Shown piece by piece: positions 10,739-21,133 of a stretch of DNA of 64,000 nucleotides. The stretch spans positions 2,155 to 66,154 of the forward strand of contig CAVQDT010000009.1 in the NCBI GenBank assembly GCA_963711305.1, in the 5' to 3' direction. The position numbers and the translations under genes are program-made. The notes under the pieces are model-generated. The model saw nothing but the letters and a program-made list of their open reading frames with translations, made no database searches and had not been told where the DNA came from. Every line of letters starts with the position of its first letter. Positions within the stretch are counted from its first letter, which is position 1. This DNA comes from an uncultured Pseudomonadota bacterium. GTDB taxonomy: Bacteria; Myxococcota_A; Polyangia; Fen-1088.

Positions 10739-11851
10739 TCAGGCGCGCCAGCGGGGGTTGTAGCCGCTGGTCAGCTCTGTCGCCGTTGTGGTGCCACTTC
10801 GGTTCTTTGTTGGCGGTCTGATTGGTGAGCGACGCGCAATTTGCGGATCAACATGCCGTACGGTTTGATGAGCGTCGCCGAGACGCGAACCGCCCGGCGG
10901 CTCGTCCATGAACGGCATGAACTTGTCGGGGAAGCCGGGCATCGTGCAGCCGATGCAGATGCCGCCGACGTTGGGGCAGCCGCCGATGCCGGCCATCCAG
11001 CCGCGCTTGGGGACGTTGCAGTTGACCACCGGGCCCCAGCAGCCGACGCTTCACGATGCACTTGGGCGAGTTGTAGTCCTGCGCGAAGTCGGCCTGCTCG
11101 TAGTAGCCGGCGCGGTCGCAGCCCTTCGTGGACGGTCTTGCCGAACAGCCAGGTCGGGCGCAGGTTCTCGTCGAGCGGGATCATCGGCGCCTGGCCCGCG
11201 ACCTGCTGCAGGAGCCAGAGCAGCGTCTCCATGAAGTTGTCGGGCTGCACCGGGCAGCCGGGGACGTTGACGATCGGGAAGCCCCGCCTTCGAGCGAAAA
11301 TCCCAGCCGAGGTAGTCGGCCAGGCCCATGCGCCGGTCGGGTTGCCGGCCATCGCGTGGATGCCGCCGTAGGCGGCGCAGGTGCCAGCGGCGACCACCGC
11401 CAGCGCCTTCGGCGCCAGCTCGTCGATCCAGCGGTCGAGCGTCATCGGCTGGCCGGTTTGCAGATCGTTGCCGAACGCGCTCCAGAAGCCTTCGCCGTTG
11501 ATCTTCTCGTTGGGGATCGAGCCCTCGATCACGAGCACGAACGGCTCGAGCTCGCCGGCCGCCGCTTTTCGAAACGCGGCCAGGAACGTCCTCGCCGGTC
11601 TCGTAGGCCAGCACCTTGTTGTGCAGGTGCACCTTGGGCAGGCCGGGGATCGCGCCCAGCACCACGTCCTCGATGCTCGGCTGGGTGGCGGCGGTGATCG
11701 ACACCGTGTCGCCGTCGCAGCTCAGGCCCTCGGAGATCCAGAGGATGTGCAGCTCCGGGATCGCTGGCGGCTTCGCTGTCTCCCGCCGCGCGGGTCGGTT
11801 TGGCGTCTGCACGCTTCGTAGTCCCCCGTTGCCCCCGTTTGTCCCCGCCAT
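10739..11851 (-). CDS. hhyS: [NiFe]-hydrogenase small subunit, group 1h, no Tat signal; at least 4 frame breaks
   Basis: [80 protein letters not shown], and C-terminal [12 protein letters not shown]. No RRxF twin-arginine leader. Confidence 0.88.
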
Positions 11852-11896
11852 CTGCAGCTCCTTTCCCGGTCTGTCCCCCGCTCCTTGCCGCTCCGT

Positions 11897-12991
11897 TCAA
11901 CAGATCCGCGGCAGCGGCTCCGCGTACGGCAGATCGAGGATCCGCCGCCCGCCCAGCGCCGTGCGCACCACGACCAGGCCGCCGCGATCGGCGGTGACGC
12001 GCCCGATGCGCCGCGCGTCGCGCCCCAGCGGGTGGCCGCGCAACGCGCCCAGCGCCGCCTCCGCGCCGTCCTCGGGCACGAACGCCACCAGCTTGCCTTC
12101 GTTGGCGAGCAGCAGCGGGTCGAGGCCGAGAGCTCGCAGGCGCCGCGCACCGCCGAGCGCACCGGCACCGCCGCTTCGTCGACCTCGATGCCGAGGCGCG
12201 CCGCGCGACGCGATCTCGACCAGCGTCGCGGCGAGCCCGCCGCGCGTCGGGTCGCGCATGGCGTGCGCGCCGGGACAGGCGCGCGAGCAGCGCGCTGGCG
12301 AGCTCGTGCAGCGGTGCGGTGTCGCTGGCCAGCGCGCCGTCGAGCGTCGAGCCCCTCGCGCTGCGCCATGATCGTCGCGCCGTGATCGCCGACGGTGCCG
12401 GAGAGCAGGACCGCGTCGCCCGGGCGCACGCGGCGTGACGACAGCGCCACCCCTTCGGGCACCACGCCGATGCCCGAGGTGTTGATGAAGATCTGATCGC
12501 CCGCGCCGCGTCCGACGACCTTGGTATCGCCGGTGACGACCGGTACGCCGGCGTGCGCCGCCGCCTCGCTCACCGATTCGATCACGCGCCGCAGAGTCGG
12601 CGAGCGAGAAGCCCTCTTCGAGGATGAACGCCAGCGACAGCGCCAGCGGGCGCGCGCCACCGACGGCGAGATCGTTGATCGTGCCGTTCACCGCCAGCTG
12701 GCCGATGTCGCCGCCGGGAAAGAAGATCGGCGTCACCACGTAGGAGTCGGTGGTGAAGGCCAGGCGCGAGCCCGGCTCGCGCGGCATCGCCAGCACCGCC
12801 TGGTCGTCGAGCGGATCGAGCGCGGGATTGCGAAACGCGGGCAGGATCAGGTCCTCGATCAGCTGCGCGGTGAGCGAGCCGCCGCTGCCGTGGCCCAGCA
12901 GCACCTGATCGGCGTCGGTGCGCGGCACCGGGCAGGCTCCGAACGACGGCGAATTCGCGAGCCCGGCGCGCTCGGCCTTGTCGCGGCTCAC
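11897..12991 (-). CDS. hypE: Hydrogenase maturation protein HypE; about 4 frame breaks
   Basis: LLGHGSGG, VTGDTKVV, MRDPTRGGLA, and the canonical C-terminus PRIC*. GTG start overlaps the hypD stop (GTGA). Confidence 0.88.
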   Translation of the reverse strand: MSRDKAERAGLANSPSFGACPVPRTDADQVLLGHGSGGSLTAQLIEDLILPAFRNPALDPLDDQAVLAMPREPGSRLAFTTDSYVVTPIFFPGGDIGQLAVNGTINDLAVGGARPLALSLAFILEEGFSLADSAARDRIGERGGGARRRTGRHRRYQGRRTRRGRSDLHQHLGHRRGARRGGAVVTPRAPGRRGPALRHRRRSRRDDHGAARGARRSTARWPATPHRCTSSPARCSRACPGAHAMRDPTRGGLAATLVEIASRGAPRHRGRRSGGAGALGGARRLRALGLDPLLLANEGKLVAFVPEDGAEAALGALRGHPLGRDARRIGRVTADRGGLVVVRTALGGRRILDLPYAEPLPRIC

Positions 12992-14116
12992 GGCGCCACC
13001 CTCGTCTCACCGACCGGCGCGCCGTCGAGCACGCGGCGCCGGTACTGGAAGTAGGCCGCGCACGCGCCCTCGCCGGAGACCATGGTCGCGCCCAGCGGCG
13101 TGCGCGGCGTGCACGCGCCTGCCGAACGCCGGGCACTCCGACGGCTTCTTGAGCCCGCGCAGCACCTGGCCGCTGATGCAGACCGCCGGCTCGACTGCGC
13201 GATCTCGTCGACGTCGAAGATCCGCTCGGCGTCGTGCTCGCGGTATTCGTAGCGAAGGCGCAGTCCCGACGCCGGGATCGCGCCGACGCCGCGCCACTTG
13301 CGATCGCAGACCTCGAACACCTCGGCCATCAGCTGTCGCGCCACGCGATTTCCGTCGGGCATCACGGTGCGCGCGTACTGGTTCTCGACCTCGGCCCGCC
13401 CCGCCTCGAGCTGGCGCACGGCCATCAGGATCCCTTCGAGCAGATCGATCGGCTCGAAGCCGGTGATCACGATCGGCACCCGCTCGCGCGCGACCAGCGG
13501 CTCGTATTCGCGATAGCCGACGACGGCGCAGACGTGGCCCGGACCCAGGAACGCCTGCACGCGGTTGCCGGCGCCGTGCAGGATCGCGGTGATCGCCGGC
13601 GGCACCAGCACGTGCGACACCAGCATCGAGAAGTTGCGCACGCCGCGCCGTCGCGCGCTGGATCACCGCCATCGCGTTGGCCGGCGCGGTGGTCTCGAAG
13701 CCGATGCCGAGGAAGACGACGCGCTTGTCGGGGTTCTGCTCGGCGATGCGGACGGCGTCGAGCGGCGAGTAGACCACCCGCACGTCGGCGCCGCGCCCGC
13801 GCAGCGACAGCAGATCGCCGCGCGAGCCCGGCACGCGCAGCATGTCGCCGAACGAGTCGAAGATGACGTCCGGCTGCGCGGCGATCGCATGCGCGCGATC
13901 GATCGTCTCGAGCGGCGTGACGCAGACCGGGCAGCCGGGGCCGTGCACGAGCTCGATCTCGGGCGGCAGCATCTGGTCGATCCCGTAGCGCACGATGGAG
14001 TGCGTCTGGCCGCCGCAGACCTCCATGATCACCCACGGGCGGGTCACGATGCGCCGGATCTCGGCGAGCAGCGCTGCCGCGACCTCGGGGTCGCGGTACT
14101 CGTCGAGGTATTTCAT
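12988..14116 (-). CDS. hypD: Hydrogenase maturation protein HypD; about 3 frame breaks
   Basis: [54 protein letters not shown] 14116 overlaps the hypC stop (ATGA). Confidence 0.88.
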
Positions 14117-14413
14117 TGGCCTGCCCTCCGGGTCGGGGTGCCGGGTCGGCTGAGAGGATCGTCGTCGCCGGCGCGGCGACTTCGGCGATCTGGCCGAGCT
14201 CCTGCAGCACGCGCCAGGCGCGCGTCGGCTTCGGCGCGATCGATCTTCGCGATGGCCAGGCCCACGTGAACCAGCACGAAGTCGCCGGGACCGACGTCGG
14301 GCTGGCAGCTGAGACAGACCTCGCGCGTGACGTCGCCGAAGCGCACGTCGGCGAACGGCAGGCCGTCGCGCTCCGACACCGCCGATGACCTCGCCCGGGA
14401 TCCCTAGGCACAT
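14113..14413 (-). CDS. hypC: Hydrogenase assembly chaperone HypC; about 2 frame breaks
   Basis: Starts MCLGIPGEV (essential Cys2), then [16 protein letters not shown]. Overlaps the hypF stop by 10 nt. Confidence 0.8.
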
Positions 14414-16797
14414 GGCGACAGCTCCTGGTCTGCGGCGCTCGCGGCGCGGGCGCCGCGGGCGGCGGCGATCGCCACCTGGCCGAGCGCGATGCCGCCGTCG
14501 TTGCACGGCACGCGCCGGTGCAGCAGCACCTCGAACCCCGCCCGCACGAGCCCCGCGTGCGCGCGCTCGGTGAGGCGCCGATTCTGGAAGCAGCCGCCGG
14601 TGAGCGCCACAGTGGCCGGCGCCCCCGCGTCGCGCGCGCGCCGGCAACCGGCGACGATCGCGTCGGCGAGCGTGTCGTGGAAGCGCGCGGCGATCGTGGG
14701 CGTCCCCGGTGCGTGCGTGCCGTCGAGCTCGTGCGCGATCGCGCGCACCATCGGGCGCAGATCGATCACGAATGGTGGCGGTCCGCCTGCGCTCGCACCG
14801 ACCCTCTCTTCATCGTGCTCCTCGAACGTGAACGGGTAGCGGCCGTGGTCGCCGTCGGCGGCGACCGCCTCGAGCTCGATCGCCGCCTGGCCGTCGTAGC
14901 TGATCTCGTCGCGCAGCCCGCACAGCGCCGCCACCGCGTCGAACCAGCGGCCGGCGCCCGATGCCCGAGCGTGCAGGCGGGGGCGGGCCCACAGCGCGCG
15001 CGCTGCCTCGATCTGGCCGCGCGGGATCGCCGCCATCGCGCCGGCGTCGGGCGCGACGCCAGCCTCGAGCAGCGCCGCGACCGCCAGCCGCCAGGGTGCG
15101 CGGATCGCCGCCTCGCCGCCCAGCAGCGGCAGCGCGCGCAGGTGTCCGACACGGCGAGAGGTCTCGAGGTCGGCCACCAGGAGCTCGCCGCCCCACAGCG
15201 TCCCGTCGTCGCCGAGGCCGGTGCCGTCGAAGACGACGCCCAGGACGCGGTCGGCGCGCCCGTGGTCGACCAGGCAGGAGGCGACGTGCGCGTGATGATG
15301 TTGCACGCGTTCGCAGGAGCCGCCGGCGTCGCGCGCCCAGCGCTCCGCCCAGCGCGACGAGCGATAGTCGGGATGGCAGTCGCGCGCGACGGCGCCCGGC
15401 CGCGCGCCGATCAACATCTCGAGCCGCGCGATGGTCTCCTCGAACAGCGAGAAGGTGTCGGCGTCGTCGAGGTCGCCGAGGTGCGGCGACAGAACCGCGG
15501 TGCCGCCGCGGGCGACGCAGACCGTCGCGCTGTGAGCGGCGCCGACGGCCAGGATCGGGACCCCGGATGGCGCCGGCACCGGCAGCGCGAAGGCGTCGGG
15601 CACGAAGCCCCGCGCGCGGCGCAGCGGCACCGCACGGCCGCACACCACGCGCACCACCGAGTCGTCGGCGCGGGTGTGAATCTCGCGATCGTGGACCAGG
15701 AAGCCGTCGGCGATTCCGCGCAGGCGGGTGAACGCGTCGCTGTCGTCGCGCGCGATCGGCTCCTCGGAGCGGTTGCCGCTGGTCATCACCAGCCAGGGTG
15801 GGCCGCTCTGAAGCAAGAGATGGTGCAGCGGCGTCGACGGCAGGAACACGCCCAGCTGCGCGAGCCCGGGCGCGACGCCGGCGGCCAGCGCCCGACGCCG
15901 CGCCGGGGCGAGCACGATGGGTCGCGCGGCCGAGGTGAGCGCGGCGCGGGCGACGTCGTCGAGCGTCGCGATCTCTTCCAGCGCTGCCAGCGAGCCCGCC
16001 ATCACCGCGAGCGGCTTCGCCGGGCGGTGCTTGCGCGCGCGCAGTCGCGCGACCGCGTCCGGATCGCGCGCATCGACGGCGAGCAGGAAGCCCCCCGCTC
16101 CCTTGACGGCGATGATCTCGCCGCCAGCGAGGGCGGCGACCGCGGCGCCGAGCGCGCCTTCACCGTCGAGGTCGCTGGTGCCCCCGGTCACGAAGCGGAG
16201 GATCGGGCCGCACGCGGGGCAGGCGGTGGCCTCGGCGTGGAAGCGGCGATCGTGCGGATCGTCGTATTCGCGCCGGCAGGCGGTGCACAGCGGAAAGCGG
16301 GCCATGGTCGTGTGCGCGCGGTCGTAGGGCAGCGCGCGCACGATCGTGAAGCGCGGCCCGCACGCCGTGCAGTTGATGAACGGATAGCGGTGACGTCGAT
16401 CGCCGGGATCGGCGAGCTCGCGCAGGCAGTCGGCGCACGGCGCCAGGTCGGGGGGAATCGTCGCACCGTCGCGCATCAGGCGGGGAGCGTCCACATCGGT
16501 GCTGGGCGCGATGCGGAACTCGTGGTCGCCGCGTGCGGGCAGCGGCGCAGTCTCCAGTGACGTGACCTGCGCGATGGCCGGCGCCGCGCGTGGCAGACCG
16601 TCGATGAACGCGTCGACGGCGCGCGCGCTGCCTTCGATCTCTATGTGAACGCCGTCGCGATCGTTGCGGACGAATCCACCCAGCGCCAGCGCCGCGGCAA
16701 AGCGCGACACCGCGGGCCGGAAGCCCACGCCCTGCACGGTTCCGCGCACGCGGACCGCTCGCCGCAATCGGACGGCTTCGGGGGCGACCGGCGACAT
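14404..16797 (-). CDS. hypF: Carbamoyltransferase HypF (intact, 797 aa)
   Basis: Acylphosphatase N-terminus ([12 protein letters not shown]). Two Zn-finger pairs (CADCLRE...CTACGPRF and CTACRREY...CPACGP). YrdC-like and Kae1-like regions. Single open frame. Confidence 0.93.
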   Translation of the reverse strand: MSPVAPEAVRLRRAVRVRGTVQGVGFRPAVSRFAAALALGGFVRNDRDGVHIEIEGSARAVDAFIDGLPRAAPAIAQVTSLETAPLPARGDHEFRIAPSTDVDAPRLMRDGATIPPDLAPCADCLRELADPGDRRHRYPFINCTACGPRFTIVRALPYDRAHTTMARFPLCTACRREYDDPHDRRFHAEATACPACGPILRFVTGGTSDLDGEGALGAAVAALAGGEIIAVKGAGGFLLAVDARDPDAVARLRARKHRPAKPLAVMAGSLAALEEIATLDDVARAALTSAARPIVLAPARRRALAAGVAPGLAQLGVFLPSTPLHHLLLQSGPPWLVMTSGNRSEEPIARDDSDAFTRLRGIADGFLVHDREIHTRADDSVVRVVCGRAVPLRRARGFVPDAFALPVPAPSGVPILAVGAAHSATVCVARGGTAVLSPHLGDLDDADTFSLFEETIARLEMLIGARPGAVARDCHPDYRSSRWAERWARDAGGSCERVQHHHAHVASCLVDHGRADRVLGVVFDGTGLGDDGTLWGGELLVADLETSRRVGHLRALPLLGGEAAIRAPWRLAVAALLEAGVAPDAGAMAAIPRGQIEAARALWARPRLHARASGAGRWFDAVAALCGLRDEISYDGQAAIELEAVAADGDHGRYPFTFEEHDEERVGASAGGPPPFVIDLRPMVRAIAHELDGTHAPGTPTIAARFHDTLADAIVAGCRRARDAGAPATVALTGGCFQNRRLTERAHAGLVRAGFEVLLHRRVPCNDGGIALGQVAIAAARGARAASAADQELSPCA

Positions 16798-16930
16798 TGG
16801 GGCTAGACGATGAGTCGGGACGACTGACGGTCAAGACGGTGCCCGTCGAATGCCAGCAAAGTACAGAACCAACCCGAATCAGCCTCGGGTCGAGCGGTTA
16901 CTGCGGCGTCTGTAATATGCCGGCGGCGAA

Positions 16931-16958
16931 TTGACGGCCGAGGGGGGCTTCCTACATT
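16931..16958 (+). promoter_or_regulatory. Candidate sigma70-type promoter for hypA-hypB (possibly a near-leaderless transcript)
   Basis: TTGACG (16931-16936), 16-nt spacer, TACATT (16953-16958), 8 nt before the hypA ATG. It sits in the 170-bp divergent hypF/hypA intergenic region. Pattern match only. Confidence 0.3.
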
Positions 16959-16966
16959 TGCGCGCG

Positions 16967-17299
16967 ATGCACGAGCTGGCCCTGATCCAGAGCATCGTGA
17001 CGGCCGTCGAGGAGCGCGTGCAACCCGCGCACGTCGACGTCGTTCGGTTGCAGCTCGGGCAGCTGGCGGGCGTGTCGCAGGAAGCGCTGCTCTTCTGCTT
17101 CGATGTGTGCACGCGGGGAACGCTCCTCGAGGGGGCGGTGCTGGAAATCGAGGGGATTGGCGGGCGCGCGCGCTGCCGCGGGTGCGGGGCGCACGTGGCG
17201 ATGGAGACCTTTCTCGAGACTTGCGGGGCGTGCGGGAGCGCGGAGCTGGAGGTAGTGGAAGGGAACGAGCTGCGGATCAGAAACGTGGAGGTTCACTGA
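16967..17299 (+). CDS. hypA: Hydrogenase nickel insertion protein HypA
   Basis: Starts MHELAL. Zn site CRGCG...CGACGS. 110 aa. Stop overlaps the hypB ATG (TGATG). Confidence 0.9.
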   Translation: MHELALIQSIVTAVEERVQPAHVDVVRLQLGQLAGVSQEALLFCFDVCTRGTLLEGAVLEIEGIGGRARCRGCGAHVAMETFLETCGACGSAELEVVEGNELRIRNVEVH

Positions 17300-18090
17300 T
17301 GTGCGCTACCTGCGGCTGCTCTACCGTCAACGATCACGTCAACGTCAACGATCACGTTCACGATCGCGTCAACGATCACGGGGGCGATCACGATCACGAT
17401 CACGATCACCATCACCGTCACGATCACGTTCACGTTCGGCGGGTGTCGATGGAGGAGGCGGTGCTGGCGAAGAACGGGGAGGTAGCTGGGGAGAATCGGC
17501 TGTTCCTCGAGTCGCTCGGGATCGCGGCGTTCAACTTTGTCAGCTCGCCGGGGGCGGGGAAGACGTCGTTGCTGGTGGCGTTGATTGGAGAATTGGGCGA
17601 GCGGGTGAAGATTGGCGTCATCGAAGGAGATCAGGAGACGAGCCGCGATGCGGAGCGGATCCGGGTGACGGGCGTTCAAGCGATCCAGATCAATACCGGG
17701 ACGGGGTGTCATCTGGACGCGGGGATGGTCAAGGGCGCGCTTGGCGAGCTGGAGCTGATGCACGGGGCGTTGTTGTTCATCGAAAACGTCGGCAATCTGG
17801 TTTGCCCCGCGCTCTTCGATCTCGGGGAGCGGGCCAAGGTCGTCGTCATGTCGGTGACCGAAGGGGAAGACAAGCCGCTCAAGTATCCGCACATGTTTCG
17901 CGCCGCGCGGGTCCTGGTGCTGACCAAGATCGATCTGCTGGCGCACGTCGAGTGCGATCTGGGCCAGTTGGTCGAGAACGCGCGGAGGATCAATCCGCAA
18001 TTGCGGGTGTTCGCGGTCTCGGCTCGGAGTGGCACGGGGCTGCCCGCGCTCGCTGACTGGCTCGGCTCTCAGATCGGGGGGCGCGCTTGA
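17299..18090 (+). CDS. hypB: Hydrogenase nickel-incorporation GTPase HypB with His/Asp-rich tract
   Basis: MCATCGC, a (DH)n His-rich tract, P-loop SSPGAGKTS, and ENVGNLVCPA. Confidence 0.92.
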   Translation: MCATCGCSTVNDHVNVNDHVHDRVNDHGGDHDHDHDHHHRHDHVHVRRVSMEEAVLAKNGEVAGENRLFLESLGIAAFNFVSSPGAGKTSLLVALIGELGERVKIGVIEGDQETSRDAERIRVTGVQAIQINTGTGCHLDAGMVKGALGELELMHGALLFIENVGNLVCPALFDLGERAKVVVMSVTEGEDKPLKYPHMFRAARVLVLTKIDLLAHVECDLGQLVENARRINPQLRVFAVSARSGTGLPALADWLGSQIGGRA

Positions 18091-18497
18091 CCGCCGGCGA
18101 GGGGCACGCGGCCGGCGGCGGCGAGGCGGATGCGGAGGACAGCGAGCTGCGCCGCGAGAGCGAGCGGATCGCGCAGCTGATCGAAGATCTCGGCGCGCTC
18201 GCGGGGGCGCCGGTCCGGCAGCGGGCCGAAGAGCTGGTGCGGCGGCTGATTCATCTCTACGGCGAGGGGCTGCGGCGGCTGATGGGCATCTTGGCCGACC
18301 GGCCCCTCGACGAGCCGGCACGCGCACGGCTGCGCGCCGACGCACTGGTGTCGAGCCTGCTCGTGTTGCACGACCTGCACCCCGATGCCGACGCCGCCGC
18401 CGAGTACGATCCCGGTTCGGATCCTGAGACAATCGCCTCGTCGGGGTTAGTGCAGATCGATCTTTCCCACGGGGGCACGCGGGGCGGCGACGCATGA
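18087..18497 (+). CDS. Hydrogenase-cluster hypothetical protein (136 aa)
   Basis: Start overlaps the hypB stop. High GC3. Its position matches accessory ORFs typical of group 1h loci. No motif I can name. Confidence 0.55.
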   Translation: MTAGEGHAAGGGEADAEDSELRRESERIAQLIEDLGALAGAPVRQRAEELVRRLIHLYGEGLRRLMGILADRPLDEPARARLRADALVSSLLVLHDLHPDADAAAEYDPGSDPETIASSGLVQIDLSHGGTRGGDA

Positions 18498-19147
18498 ACG
18501 GGCTCGGCGGACTGGCCACGTTCGCGCGGTCCTGGCAGCCGGTCGCGCTGGCCGAGTCACGGTGTCAGATGTGCGCGCTGGAGATCGACGCCGGGGCGCA
18601 CGCGCATCTCGTCGATGTGGAACGACGCACATTGTTGTGCGCGTGCGCGGCGTGCGTGGCGTTGATCGAGCACACCCGCGCCGGCGGCGAACGCGGCGGC
18701 GCGCGCTATCGGCTGGTACCCACGCGAGTGCTGGTCGATCCGGCGTTCGCGCTCGACCGCGCGCAGTGGGACGCGCTGCAGATCCCGGTGCGGCTGGCGT
18801 TCATCTTCTTCAACACGCATGAAGAGCGCTGGGTCGCGTTCTATCCCAGCCCCGCCGGCGCCGCCGAGTCGGCGCTGTCGCTGGACGGATTTCGAGCGCT
18901 GGCGGCGCGCGCGCCGCTGGTAGCCGCGATCGAGCCCGACGTCGAAGCGCTGCTCGTGCGCGGCCACACCGACGGCGTCTTCGAAACCTTCGTGGTGTCC
19001 ATCGAGGTCTGCTATCGGCTGGTGGGGCAGGTGCGCCTGCACTGGCAGGGGTTCCACGGCGGCGACCGCGCCTGGCGAGAGATCGAAGGCTTCTTCACTG
19101 GGCTGCGCGCGCTGGCGCGGCCGCTCGCTGCGGAGGCCCGCGCGTGA
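18494..19147 (+). CDS. Hydrogenase-cluster conserved hypothetical protein (Cys pairs CxxC and CACAAC)
   Basis: Translationally coupled to both neighbours. CQMCALEID...LLCACAACV suggests a metal site. Resembles the uncharacterised accessory proteins of actinobacterial Hhy loci (from memory, not searched). Confidence 0.6.
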   Translation: MNGLGGLATFARSWQPVALAESRCQMCALEIDAGAHAHLVDVERRTLLCACAACVALIEHTRAGGERGGARYRLVPTRVLVDPAFALDRAQWDALQIPVRLAFIFFNTHEERWVAFYPSPAGAAESALSLDGFRALAARAPLVAAIEPDVEALLVRGHTDGVFETFVVSIEVCYRLVGQVRLHWQGFHGGDRAWREIEGFFTGLRALARPLAAEARA

Positions 19148-20346
19148 TCTTCGACGACGCGCGCGCGGTCGCCGACGCCGTGCTCTACGAAGGCTACGCC
19201 CTCTATCCCTATCGGCCGTCGTCGCCGAAGAATCAGCTGCGCTTCCAGTTCGGCGTGCTCGCGCCGCGCGGCTGGAGCAAGGAGGGATCTGCCGGCTCGC
19301 GCGACCCCTGGTGGCTGCAGGCACAGACGCTGCTCGTGCCGCGCACCGAGCCCCAGCGGGTCCTCGGCCGCCTGCGGTTCCTGCAACTGCAGCGGCACGA
19401 CGATTCCGCCTGGGACGAGGGGCACCTCCGGGAGATCGACTTCGAGCTGCCGATCGCGATCGCCGGCGAGCGAGCTCGGGTCGAGGCGCGCGTCGAGGCA
19501 CCGCCGCTCGACGGCGTGATTCAGGCCTCGGCGGCGCCGTGCTCGATCGAGGGCCCTCGTCGTCTGCTGCAGCTCACCATCCGCGTCGAGAACCTCACCG
19601 CCGGCATTTCGGCCAGGGCCTCGCGCAACGAGGCGCTCCGCGGCGCGTTCCTGGGCACGCATCTGTTGCTCGCCGCGCCCGGCGGCGAATTCGTCTCGCT
19701 CGCCGATCCGCCGGACTGGGCGTCGGCGTCCGCCACGCAATGCCGCAACGTGGGCACCTATCCCGCGCTCGCCGGGCCGCCGGAGCGGCGCGATCTGGTG
19801 GTGTGCTCGCCAGTGATCCTGGGCGACCATCCGGCCGTCGCGCCCGAGAGCCCGCAGAACCTCTTCGACGCGACCGAGATCGACGAGATCCTCACCCTGC
19901 GCGTGCTGGCGCTGGCCGACGAGGAGAAGGCAGAGATGCGGGCAACGGAGCCTCGCCTCGCGGCGCTGCTCGATCGCGTCGAGAGTCTCGGCCCCGAGGG
20001 GATGGAGCGACTGCACGGCGTGAGGCGCGACTGGCGCGCGGTGGCGCAAACCTCTGATTCCGCCGCTGCACCCGGTGACGCGCCCGGCCCGGCGCTGATC
20101 CAGGTGCGCGGCCAGTGGATCGGCGCGGGAAGCCGCGTGCGATTGCAACCGGGCGCGCGCCGCACCGACGCGCAGGACATGTTTCTCGCCGGCATGACCG
20201 CCACCGTCGTGGAGGTGATGCGCGACGTGGAGAACCAGCATTGCCTGGCGGTGACCATCGACGACGATCCGGCGGCAGCGCTCGCGCGCTGGCGCCAGCG
20301 CTACCACTACTTTTATCCCGACGAGATCGAGCCGGTCGCTCCATGA
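19144..20346 (+). CDS. Hydrogenase-cluster conserved hypothetical protein (400 aa)
   Basis: Coupled to neighbours by ATGA overlaps at both ends. Intact ORF with coding-like GC3. Confidence 0.6.
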   Translation: MIFDDARAVADAVLYEGYALYPYRPSSPKNQLRFQFGVLAPRGWSKEGSAGSRDPWWLQAQTLLVPRTEPQRVLGRLRFLQLQRHDDSAWDEGHLREIDFELPIAIAGERARVEARVEAPPLDGVIQASAAPCSIEGPRRLLQLTIRVENLTAGISARASRNEALRGAFLGTHLLLAAPGGEFVSLADPPDWASASATQCRNVGTYPALAGPPERRDLVVCSPVILGDHPAVAPESPQNLFDATEIDEILTLRVLALADEEKAEMRATEPRLAALLDRVESLGPEGMERLHGVRRDWRAVAQTSDSAAAPGDAPGPALIQVRGQWIGAGSRVRLQPGARRTDAQDMFLAGMTATVVEVMRDVENQHCLAVTIDDDPAAALARWRQRYHYFYPDEIEPVAP

Positions 20347-20846
20347 GCTCGCGCGTGCTGGTCGCCGGGATCGGCAATGTGTTCCTCGGCGACGACGGAT
20401 TCGGTGTCGAGGTTGCGCGCCAGCTCATGCGTGAGCCGGCGCTGCCGGGGGTCGCCATCGCCGACGTCGGCATCCGTGCGCTGCACCTGGCCTACGAGCT
20501 GCTCGAGCCGCCCGACCTTTTGCTGATCGTCGACGCCGTCAGCCGGGGCGAACCGCCCGGGACGGTGTACCTCATCGACGTCGACCCCGGGGCCGCTGAG
20601 ACTGGCCTCGGTGACGCTCACGGCATCACGGTGTCGGCGGTGCTGGCGACACTGCGCGCGCTCGGCGGCACGCCCCCACGGACCCGTCTCGTCGGTTGCG
20701 AACCGGCTTTCATCGGCGAGGCCATGGAGCTGAGCCCCACGGTGGCCGCGAGCGTGCCGCGTGCCGTGGCGATGGTTAGAAGAGCCATCAGGGAGGAGAG
20801 TCGAGATGAAGTACATCGATTGGCGAGCGCGAACCCGGAAGCGTGA
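20343..20846 (+). CDS. Hydrogenase maturation endopeptidase (HybD/HupD family)
   Basis: VLVAGIGNVFLGDDGFGVEV, LLLIVDAV and HGITVSAVL are characteristic of the family. Confidence 0.88.
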   Translation: MSSRVLVAGIGNVFLGDDGFGVEVARQLMREPALPGVAIADVGIRALHLAYELLEPPDLLLIVDAVSRGEPPGTVYLIDVDPGAAETGLGDAHGITVSAVLATLRALGGTPPRTRLVGCEPAFIGEAMELSPTVAASVPRAVAMVRRAIREESRDEVHRLASANPEA

Positions 20847-20955
20847 ATCGATCCTCGGCCGCGTGTTGCTGGGCGCCGCCGGCGCCGCGGTCGCGGCGAT
20901 GATGGTCCGCGCCATGCCCGACCTGGTTCGATACCTGCGCGTCCGACGCATGTGA
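20806..20955 (+). CDS. Small single-TM protein (49 aa) overlapping the endopeptidase 3' end
   Basis: SD GGGAGGAG precedes ATG 20806. MKYIDW...LLGAAGAAVAAMMV..YLRVRRM has one hydrophobic helix and a basic tail. Confidence 0.45.
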   Translation: MKYIDWRARTRKRESILGRVLLGAAGAAVAAMMVRAMPDLVRYLRVRRM

Positions 20956-21133
20956 GGAGCGCGCGCGATCGCAGCCATCCGTAAAGGTCTCGGCGCGTCA
21001 CTGGCGCGATAGTTTCCGAATGTCCCTGAATGCCATCTGGAGCACCGGAATCCCTATTGGTTGCCGGCACTTTTTCGCAGTTTTCGTGACCGATCTGCCT
21101 GCTGAAGTGTGACCGGCGGTACTACCTCGACGA

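Noticed and set aside
10739-11851. Expected Tat (RRxFxK) signal on the hydrogenase small subunit
   Set aside because: No such signal is present in any frame at the N-terminus. This fits group 1h enzymes and is not an annotation gap.
14518-16560. 680-aa ORF antisense to hypF, plus similar long ORFs such as 480..1373(-), 19012..20307(-), 33058..35088(-), 40223..41947(-) and 55782..57023(-)
   Set aside because: They are Arg/Ala/Gly/Pro-rich with no motifs. They lie opposite or out of frame to genes with clear family signatures. This is the typical shadow-ORF artefact of DNA with about 70% GC.
17320-17435. (GATCAC)n-like microsatellite
   Set aside because: It is the His/Asp-rich metal-binding tract of HypB, in frame. 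It is a normal feature of that protein.
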